A stretch of 25,351 nucleotides of DNA. Source: a virus (lineage: Duplodnaviria > Caudoviricetes). Positions within the stretch are counted from its first letter, which is position 1. Each line of letters opens with the position of its first letter. Under the pieces are notes generated by a model. The model saw only the letters and a list, made by a program, of their open reading frames with translations, had not been told where the DNA came from and ran no database searches. Where the stretch lies: the IMG/VR virus record IMGVR_UViG_3300038674_000058, positions 1 through 25,351 of that record. One strand, written 5' to 3'. A program made the translations under genes and the position numbers. Shown piece after piece: positions 1 to 6,069 of the stretch.

Positions 1-230
1 TTCCGCTCATGTGTTTCCTCCGGCGGGTTGTAGAGTTCAAACGGATTGCCGTCGATCATTTCGGCGAACGGAGTGATCTGGTACTCCACCCCGTCAAAGC
101 CGATGGCGCATAGAAGAACGACGGTTTTCCCGTCGCTCTTCCGTGTACACTCAACGAGTGCGTTGTCGCCATGCTCGAAGGCAGTCGCAAGCGTCTCCAT
201 GTTGGTCTTGAAGCCCTGTGCGATTGCCAT
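1..230 (-). CDS. DUF6117-like phage protein (3' end runs off the window)
   Basis: Not in the ORF track because there is no stop inside the window. AGGAGG RBS precedes ATG at 230. Translation MAIAQGFKTNMETLATAFEHGDNALVECTRKSDGKTVVLLCAIGFDGVEYQITPFAEMIDGNPFELYNPP resembles, from memory, the DUF6117 pattern (NF.TL..A...G.LAL.EC...G....V.CA.......TPF.....GNP...Y.PP). A further gene appears to start at ATG 10 behind GGAGG. Confidence 0.7.
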   Translation of the reverse strand, partial: MAIAQGFKTNMETLATAFEHGDNALVECTRKSDGKTVVLLCAIGFDGVEYQITPFAEMIDGNPFELYNPPEETHER

Positions 231-238
231 TATGCCTC

Positions 239-676
239 CTAGTTTTCGGTGGGCGGCGCGGGCATCCGGTCGAGTTCGATGTCGCCGATGATGCGCGACA
301 GAAGGCCGGACACGCCAACGTGCTTGTAGTAGTTGCGGGCCATGTTGTTCATGGTGTTGCCCATGACGAGGCCCGCAACGTCGGGAGCGTTGCAGAAGAA
401 GGAGCGGTCGATGATGCTGGCGAGGGCGAACTTCGAGCCGAAAGCGATGGTCATGCGGCGAACGTCCTTCTCTCCGTTGCTGCTGCCGAGCGACATGCCG
501 ATGACGAGTCCGTTGTGCGGATTGTCGAAGGTGTCATCGGGGAGCATTCCTTCTTCCTGCATGACCTGTCCGATTTCGCCCAGGATGTCGCCGAGCATGG
601 TGACGCGCTCTTCGGCGTCAACGCTGACGAGGCGTTCGCGAACCAGCATCATGATCTCTTCGTGCTTTTTTTCCAT
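239..676 (-). CDS. hypothetical protein, 145 aa
   Basis: AAGGAG RBS upstream of ATG 676. Codon usage is typical for this genome. The TAG stop overlaps the RBS of the next gene. Confidence 0.8.
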   Translation of the reverse strand: MEKKHEEIMMLVRERLVSVDAEERVTMLGDILGEIGQVMQEEGMLPDDTFDNPHNGLVIGMSLGSSNGEKDVRRMTIAFGSKFALASIIDRSFFCNAPDVAGLVMGNTMNNMARNYYKHVGVSGLLSRIIGDIELDRMPAPPTEN

Positions 677-756
677 TGCCGTGTCTCCTTGTGTTGTGTT
701 GATATTGAGCTAGCGCGTTGCTCTCCGAAGCGGCGTTCCACTCTTTTCATTTCAGC

Positions 757-798
757 AAAAAAAAGACCCCGAAGGGGCAAGTTGCCACTCCGGGGTCT
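757..798 (-). terminator. intrinsic terminator after ssb
   Basis: Minus strand reads AGACCCCG-gagtggcaacttgcccctt-CGGGGTCT followed by a T run, about 10 nt after the ssb stop. Confidence 0.75.
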
Positions 799-808
799 GT
801 GTTCGTGC

Positions 809-1252
809 CTAAAACGGCACATCGTACATGCCCGACGCTTCGCTCGGGAACGCAGGGCCGAGGTCTTCGTCCTCGGGATGATCGTTGTAGCGCGTGTCGC
901 CGCGAGGCTGCGACTGCTGCTTGTTGCCGGGCCTGTCGATCAGGCGAACGTCGTTGAGCCAAAACTTGATCCACTGCTCGCCGTTCTGGCCCTGCCCCAT
1001 CTTGATCTTGCCGTTGACGTACACCTTGTCGCCAACGTGCAGATTGTTTGCGACGTACTCGGCTCTCTTGCCGAAGACTTCGCCGTAGGTCCACACGGTC
1101 TGATCGCGCCATTCTCCGCGACTGTCAACGTAGTCGTCGTCGATCGCGAGGTTCAGGCCGACAACCATCGTGTTGCCGTTGTTGATGTAGAACACCTTGG
1201 GTTCCTTGCCAAGGCGGGCCATAGTGGTAAACGAACTGGGATTGGTCGGCAT
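809..1252 (-). CDS. ssb: single-stranded DNA-binding protein
   Basis: OB-fold SSB motifs (ARLGKEPKV, LNLAIDDDYVDSRGEWRDQTVW, VFGKRAEYVANNLHVGDKVYVNGKI) and an acidic C-terminal tail ending DVPF. AAGGAGG RBS. Confidence 0.93.
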   Translation of the reverse strand: MPTNPSSFTTMARLGKEPKVFYINNGNTMVVGLNLAIDDDYVDSRGEWRDQTVWTYGEVFGKRAEYVANNLHVGDKVYVNGKIKMGQGQNGEQWIKFWLNDVRLIDRPGNKQQSQPRGDTRYNDHPEDEDLGPAFPSEASGMYDVPF

Positions 1253-1270
1253 AGCGCCCTCCTTTATGGG

Positions 1271-1660
1271 TTAGCGGATATGACGAGTGTTCCACCAAAC
1301 GCGGAGACTCGTCATTTCCTTGTTCATCCAACTGAAAACTCGCGAAGCGAGCATCTTGCTGTTAGGATCGTTGATCGTTGCGAATCTGCGACGCATGTAC
1401 GCGGGTCCGAAGATTCCGACCACGACCGAGCTACCGAGATTCGCCATACCGGCGATCGCACCGGCTCCGGTGAACGAGAGCATGAAGTAGCTGACGAGGA
1501 TGTTGACGAGTACCGTGAACGGGATTGAACAGCACACCTCGAACATGAAGTTACGAACCGCCTTGATGCGGATGGACGAACAACCACGGACGATGTAGTC
1601 GAGCGTGGTGAACGTAACAGCCAGTATGATGATGCAGGATATGATGAACAGCATAACCAT
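1271..1660 (-). CDS. predicted membrane protein with about 3 hydrophobic segments
   Basis: Start moved to ATG 1660, which follows AAGGAGAGG. Hydrophobic stretches LFIISCIIILAVTF, IPFTVLVNILVSYFMLSF and GAGAIAGMANLGSSVVVGIFG. Confidence 0.75.
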   Translation of the reverse strand: MVMLFIISCIIILAVTFTTLDYIVRGCSSIRIKAVRNFMFEVCCSIPFTVLVNILVSYFMLSFTGAGAIAGMANLGSSVVVGIFGPAYMRRRFATINDPNSKMLASRVFSWMNKEMTSLRVWWNTRHIR

Positions 1661-1697
1661 GATGCCTCTCCTTGTGTTCAATGAGTGAGTAACAAGT

Positions 1698-1750
1698 GGG
1701 CTTGTGACTCATATTTTGAATTTTATGAGCCACAAGCCCGCCGAAGGCGG
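1698..1750 (-). promoter_or_regulatory. long stem-loop plus adjacent CCGCC-GAA-GGCGG mini-hairpin (RNA processing or regulatory site)
   Basis: Arms GGGCTTGTG(A)CTCATA at 1698-1713 and TATGAG(C)CACAAGCCC at 1724-1739. The single mismatch becomes a G-U pair in the minus-strand transcript. Mini-hairpin at 1738-1750. Confidence 0.55.
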
Positions 1751-1790
1751 CTAGTATTCCTACCGGCTCTAAAGAGCGGCTAGTATTCCT
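1747..1790. repeat. 15-bp direct repeat GCGGCTAGTATTCCT x2
   Basis: Exact copies at 1747-1761 and 1776-1790. The second copy spans the stop codon of the 271-aa gene. Confidence 0.85.
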
Positions 1791-2595
1791 CGCCGTACTC
1801 CGGGTTGTCGTTCATGCGGAAGAACCGGAAGTCTTCGCGCTGTCTTTCGACGATGGCGTTGTCGAGGATGTCAATGATCTGTTCGATCCTTGTGATCGCC
1901 TTGACCGTCTTCGACGTAGGCTCGCCGAGTGCATCACGCTGACGCTGTGCTTCTTCGAGCCAGTCGTACAGTTGAGTCTCGGTTGCACCGAGGAAGTTGC
2001 ATTGGTCGACGAGTTCCCGCAGGTCGTTCATCTCTTCCGCGAACTGGTTTGCCCAGTAGTACGCGTTGCGTCGCGGAGCATCCTTGCGCCATGCGCGGGC
2101 TTGCATGATCGCGTCTGCCATGAGGGCGTCGTCATCCTTGAGCGGATGGCCGTCGGCTCCAAGCATTACACATGAGGTCGTGCTGATGTCCGTGGTGGAG
2201 TCGTCCCATTCGCGAGGCCATATGCAGCAAGGGCCAGCGACGGACCAGTCGTCGCCGAGAGGCCCGTTGTCGAGGTGGTCGGTGTTCACATGGTCGGGCT
2301 TCTGGTACTCCTTCGGAAGCTCCCACTTGTAGAAGTTGCGGTACTCTTCCCACAGAACCGACTCCTCGCCGGGGCTGATGAGATGAGCCTCGATTGCATC
2401 GATAAGGCGGTCGACGTTGCGGATGACGTAGTGCCTCGGCTGTACGTCGGCTCTCTTGACGATCTTGAACGTGCCGCGTACCTTGTCGTAAACGAGTTCC
2501 AGGCCGTAGCCGTTGCGCTCGCGATAGGTCTTGCCGCAAGGGTTGCCGTGAAGCTGGTTGAAGAACTTGATTGCCCAAGACTTGTTGGCGTTCAT
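1780..2595 (-). CDS. hypothetical protein, 271 aa; apparent paralogue of an internal domain of the 18795..21896 virion protein
   Basis: AGGAGG RBS upstream of ATG 2595. Shares collinear motifs with the large virion protein (see findings). Confidence 0.85.
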   Translation of the reverse strand: MNANKSWAIKFFNQLHGNPCGKTYRERNGYGLELVYDKVRGTFKIVKRADVQPRHYVIRNVDRLIDAIEAHLISPGEESVLWEEYRNFYKWELPKEYQKPDHVNTDHLDNGPLGDDWSVAGPCCIWPREWDDSTTDISTTSCVMLGADGHPLKDDDALMADAIMQARAWRKDAPRRNAYYWANQFAEEMNDLRELVDQCNFLGATETQLYDWLEEAQRQRDALGEPTSKTVKAITRIEQIIDILDNAIVERQREDFRFFRMNDNPEYGEEY

Positions 2596-2626
2596 GATCT
2601 GAACCTCCTAATGAAAGGTTAATGAG

Positions 2627-3409
2627 ATGACAAAGAAACGCACCGAAGGTGCTGGCATCCACGGTCCACAGGAACGTGGATCAAAGACAGTGAGCAAGAC
2701 GAAGCGTCCCGGTGACTGTGCACCGAATACGCCGCCCGCTGGCCGAGCCATGAGGCTCTTGCGACAGCGCGATCATGACATTGAAGCCATGATTCAACGT
2801 GAGCTTGAGTCTGCTCCTGCCGTGGATCAGCAGGAGAAGAACGGAAACTCGTCGTATACGGAAGAAGTGGGACGAGAGATTTGCGTCCGTGTGTCTTATG
2901 GTCAATCGCTGCGCTACATTACGTCCTTGGACCACATGCCGAGCTATTGGTGCTTGAGTAAGTGGCTCTATGGGGACGTGAGCGAGGAGACTGTGCACGG
3001 GCGTAACATACTCTCGTTCCGGCGCATGTATGGACAAGCACAACAGAGTCAGCTTGACATGCTCGGTGACGAGATGATTTCGATTGCCGACGATGCGCAT
3101 GACCGTGATTCAGCTGCGGCTGCGACGGTCAAACTCAAGGCTCGGGAGTTCAAGCTGGAGAGGCTTGACCCGAAGCGTTGGGCGCAAGCGACGAGAGCAC
3201 TCGAAGACAATGTTGTCGAAGACATGGCGACAAAGATGGCAGAAGCGCTTGAACTGATCGCTGATCGCAGAGCGAAGCGACAGGCTGCGTTGGAGCAGAG
3301 TCCAGAGCGCGTTGCACTTTGTGGGAGCGCAGCGATAGATGATGCTGCGCGCAGTGGTGACAATGCGCTGTGCCATGTCGAAAGTGAATGTGCTAATCGC
3401 ACGGATTGA
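2627..3409 (+). CDS. terS: terminase small subunit (Sf6/P22-like HTH type); true start uncertain (GTG 2690 or ATG 2750 possible)
   Basis: YTEEVGREICVRVSYGQSLRYI..LDHMPS...L.KWL ... FRRMYGQAQQSQLDMLGDEMISIADD ... REFKLERLDPKRW matches the Sf6-type TerS pattern. Lies upstream of terL. Confidence 0.85.
   Translation: MTKKRTEGAGIHGPQERGSKTVSKTKRPGDCAPNTPPAGRAMRLLRQRDHDIEAMIQRELESAPAVDQQEKNGNSSYTEEVGREICVRVSYGQSLRYITSLDHMPSYWCLSKWLYGDVSEETVHGRNILSFRRMYGQAQQSQLDMLGDEMISIADDAHDRDSAAAATVKLKAREFKLERLDPKRWAQATRALEDNVVEDMATKMAEALELIADRRAKRQAALEQSPERVALCGSAAIDDAARSGDNALCHVESECANRTD
2637..2652. repeat. 16-bp repeat AACGCACCGAAGGTGC, copy 1 (GCACC-GAA-GGTGC hairpin)
   Basis: Identical copy at 3470-3485. 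Confidence 0.85.
2648..2690. repeat. 43-bp hairpin repeat, copy 1
   Basis: GGTGCTGGCATCCACGGTCCACAGGAACGTGGATCAAAGACAG; 39/43 identical to 4493-4535. Confidence 0.9.
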
Positions 3410-3445
3410 GGTTAGGAAGGGACAGTTGCACATATGATCCTCCAT

Positions 3446-3485
3446 GTTGAGTGTTGATGTTCAATACTCAACGCACCGAAGGTGC
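3446..3485. promoter_or_regulatory. 12-bp inverted repeat plus second copy of the AACGCACCGAAGGTGC hairpin
   Basis: GTTGAGTGTTGA-TGT-TCAATACTCAAC at 3446-3472, immediately followed by GCACC-GAA-GGTGC at 3473-3485. Confidence 0.6.
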
Positions 3486-3811
3486 ATGTGCAGAGGGGGG
3501 CTTGACCCCTTGATCCCCCGGCGGGGTATCAAGTCCCCCACCAGCCACCCCCCCATGCTACAAATGGAGAGGTCGAAAAAAGTCGAGCGAACGGACACGA
3601 CTTGCAAAAATCAGAAGGCGTAACTGGCTGAAAACATTGACCGCGATTTTACAAGTCCGAAAAATCGGTTCGATTTCCCCAAAAAGCCAACCTGTTGTTT
3701 TTGTTGGAGTGTTACTGTTCGGAGAAACAGTAGCACTGGTGGTTAATAGCAAAACGTCAGCGCGTTAAGAGCCTGAAACTATTGATGTTTAGCGTTAAAA
3801 GAATGACTAGG

Positions 3812-4383
3812 TGAAGGAGGTTTTTGTTCAACGATTTTATAGGTTTAGGTGTGTCAAATGTACCCCCCGAAGGAGAAATGGAAATAGACCCCTATTTTCT
3901 CCTTCACTTTCAGCTTCACTTTTCGTCTTTCTTTTCATACGCTTACGTCTGTTTTTTGAGAGCAGTGAAGGAGTAACACTATTTTCTCCTTCATTCGCAC
4001 GATGGTCTTAGCCGTTGTGGCTCTAGGTCTGTTTGTCGTTACATATACCAAGTGAAGGAGAAACTCTCTGAAAAAAAAATGGTGGATTCCCTGTAAAAAA
4101 AAGTTTGCCGGTCCTCTGCATTTTTTTTCAAACCTCCTTCATCTTCAAACGGGGAAAACCGGGCACATATAAGAGACAAATCAACTACTTACGAGTGAAG
4201 GAGATTTCAGAATTTTCTCCTTCATTTCTCCTTCATTGAGGAATTACAGGTACTTACCTAAAACTACATATACCTACTATCCTAACCTTCCTATAATAGT
4301 GAGGTTTTCTTGCTAGTACCTACCTATTCCTACCATTCATCTCTTAATAAGAACCTGAAAGAACTGACTTATTTTCTCCTTCA
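3812..4383. repeat. iteron-like array of TGAAGGAG (10 exact copies, both orientations)
   Basis: TGAAGGAG at 3812, 3966, 4053, 4196. CTCCTTCA at 3899, 3986, 4134, 4217, 4228, 4376. Variant CGAAGGAG at 3868. Several copies extend to ATTTTCTCCTTCA. Confidence 0.9.
4179..4191 (+). promoter_or_regulatory. IHF-consensus site
   Basis: AATCAACTACTTA is an exact match to WATCAANNNNTTR and lies next to a TGAAGGAG repeat. Confidence 0.5.
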
Positions 4384-4492
4384 CCCTATTAGATCACTAC
4401 CGGATCAAGTCGAGTTCTTTCGCTGTGAACAAGGTGAGCTGCCGCCCGAGGGCGGCGCGGAGCGGGCCGGGGCTTGCTGGCGCACGGGAAAG

Positions 4493-4535
4493 GGTGCGGG
4501 TATCCACGGTCCGCAGGATCGTGGATCAAAGACAG
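4493..4535. repeat. 43-bp hairpin repeat, copy 2
   Basis: GGTGCGGGTATCCACGGTCCGCAGGATCGTGGATCAAAGACAG, about 40 nt upstream of the terL start. Confidence 0.9.
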
Positions 4536-4574
4536 GACTTGCCATGCGCTTTGTGCGGTGATACTGGGGGATGT

Positions 4575-6017
4575 ATGAATGTATCCCGCATCGTTGAAGC
4601 TCTCGAACCGTACTACGACGATCCTGTCGGATTCGCGCAGGATGTCGTCGGCTTCGAGCCTACCGACCAGCAGACGCAGTTCATGACTGCCGTGGCGCAC
4701 AATAAGCGCGTCAGCGTCAAGTCGGGCCACGGTATCGGGAAGACGCGAGCGGAGGCGACGTTGGCGTGGTGGTTCCTGCTGACGCGCCCAAAGTCCATCA
4801 TCCCCTGCACAGCGCCTACGAGCCACCAGCTGTACGACATCTTGTGGAAAGAGTTGATGTGGGTCAAGGAGCAGCTACCGAAGGCGTTCTCGGAGTCGTT
4901 CGACTGTTCGAGCGAGCGCATCTGGCACAAGGCGTACAAGAACCAGTGGTTCTTGCAAGCTCGCACGGCGCGAAAGGAGAAGCCGGAGGCTTTGCAAGGC
5001 TTCCACGGCGAACACCTTCTGATCCTGTGCGAAGAAGCTGGCGGCATCGACTCCGCGATCTTTGAAACGATTGAAGGCGCTCTCACCGAGCGCGACAACC
5101 ACATCCTGCTTGTCGGGAACCCGACGCGCACGATGGGCTACTTCTACGACTCCCATAACCTTCATAAGAGCGAGTGGGTCAACCTGACGTTCTCATCGCT
5201 CGACTCTCCGCTCTACCATGCGGAACAGGCCGAGTCCCTGCGCAATCGCTACGGCGAACACAGCAACGTGTATCAGATTCGCGTTCTCGGCAACTTCCCC
5301 GGCGCGGAACCCGATCAGCTGATTTCGATTCAGGACTTGGAACGCGCTGTCATGCTCGACACCGTTATCCGCGCTCCGATCGTTTGGGCGCTCGACGTTG
5401 CTCGCATGGGCGACGACGAAAGTGTCCTGTGTCGTCGACATGGACACAACATCCTTCCGTTGCATGGATGGCATGGACTTGACACCGAGCAGCTTGCTCG
5501 TCGTGTCATGAGCATGTACAACGCGACGCCTCGCGACTTCAAGCCGACCAAGATCGTCGTTGACGCAAACGGTATCGGTGCTGGCGTGTATGACAAGCTC
5601 ATTCACGGCAACTACCCCGCTGTTGACTTCATGGCGCAGTTCAAGGCGTCCGATCCGCTCCGGTGGGCGAACGCGAAGGCCGAGTTGTACGACACGGTTG
5701 CTCGCGACATTAAGAAGGGTATCATCTCGCTTCCCGATGTCGACGCGACTGGTGCGAGGGAAAATGAGTTAATTGCGCAGGGTGCGTCGGTCAGGTTCGA
5801 GGTTGACGAGAAGACCGGCCTCATGCGCATCGTTGGCAAGCAGACGATGAAGGACAAGTACGGAGTGCCGTCGCCTGACCGTTGGGAAGCTGTTGTGATG
5901 TCGTTCTACGACGCGGAAGCTGACCGGGGCATTGATGACGACGATGACCCGTTCAATCAGCATAACCGCGACACGACGGACGGCTACAACTACGACGAGT
6001 TCGTCGAGGTTGCGTAA
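4575..6017 (+). CDS. terL: terminase large subunit
   Basis: Walker A VSVKSGHGIGKT, TAPT motif, EALQGFH, Walker B region LLILCEEAGGI, coupling motif LVGNPTR, RNase H-like nuclease ALDVARMGDD...VVDANGIGAGVYD...SPDR. Start placed at ATG 4575 after GGGGG. Confidence 0.96.
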   Translation: MNVSRIVEALEPYYDDPVGFAQDVVGFEPTDQQTQFMTAVAHNKRVSVKSGHGIGKTRAEATLAWWFLLTRPKSIIPCTAPTSHQLYDILWKELMWVKEQLPKAFSESFDCSSERIWHKAYKNQWFLQARTARKEKPEALQGFHGEHLLILCEEAGGIDSAIFETIEGALTERDNHILLVGNPTRTMGYFYDSHNLHKSEWVNLTFSSLDSPLYHAEQAESLRNRYGEHSNVYQIRVLGNFPGAEPDQLISIQDLERAVMLDTVIRAPIVWALDVARMGDDESVLCRRHGHNILPLHGWHGLDTEQLARRVMSMYNATPRDFKPTKIVVDANGIGAGVYDKLIHGNYPAVDFMAQFKASDPLRWANAKAELYDTVARDIKKGIISLPDVDATGARENELIAQGASVRFEVDEKTGLMRIVGKQTMKDKYGVPSPDRWEAVVMSFYDAEADRGIDDDDDPFNQHNRDTTDGYNYDEFVEVA

Positions 6018-6069
6018 CGGAGGAACATGGCATGGCACAAACTGTTTTCACACTGGGGAGGTGCGCATC

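Larger units (their letters stand above)
3490..4400. other. AT-rich non-coding control region (candidate replication origin and/or packaging/terminus region)
   Basis: Marked drop in GC and no credible ORF. G/C-run hairpins at 3495-3555, A/T tracts, multiple short repeats and IHF-like sites. Located between terS and terL. Confidence 0.65.

Noticed and set aside
218-1528. 436-aa plus-strand ORF
   Set aside because: Antisense shadow across three minus-strand genes that have clear RBSs, including ssb.
3812-4383. CRISPR array interpretation of the repeats
   Set aside because: The repeats are only 8-14 bp, occur in both orientations and are irregularly spaced. No cas gene is present.
4310-4561. 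83-aa ORF sharing GAGIHGPQ.RGSKT with the extended terS N-terminus
   Set aside because: TTG start with no RBS in AT-rich repeat DNA. The similarity is fully explained by the 43-bp DNA repeat.
4539-4565. Sigma70-like promoter TTGCCA-N15-GATACT before terL
   Set aside because: The spacer is only 15 nt and the start site would fall at or after the RBS. Not supportable without TSS data.
4425-4574. N-terminal extension of TerL given in the ORF track
   Set aside because: It runs through the regulatory repeat with no RBS. ATG 4575 gives the typical start just before the Y.DDPVGF motif.
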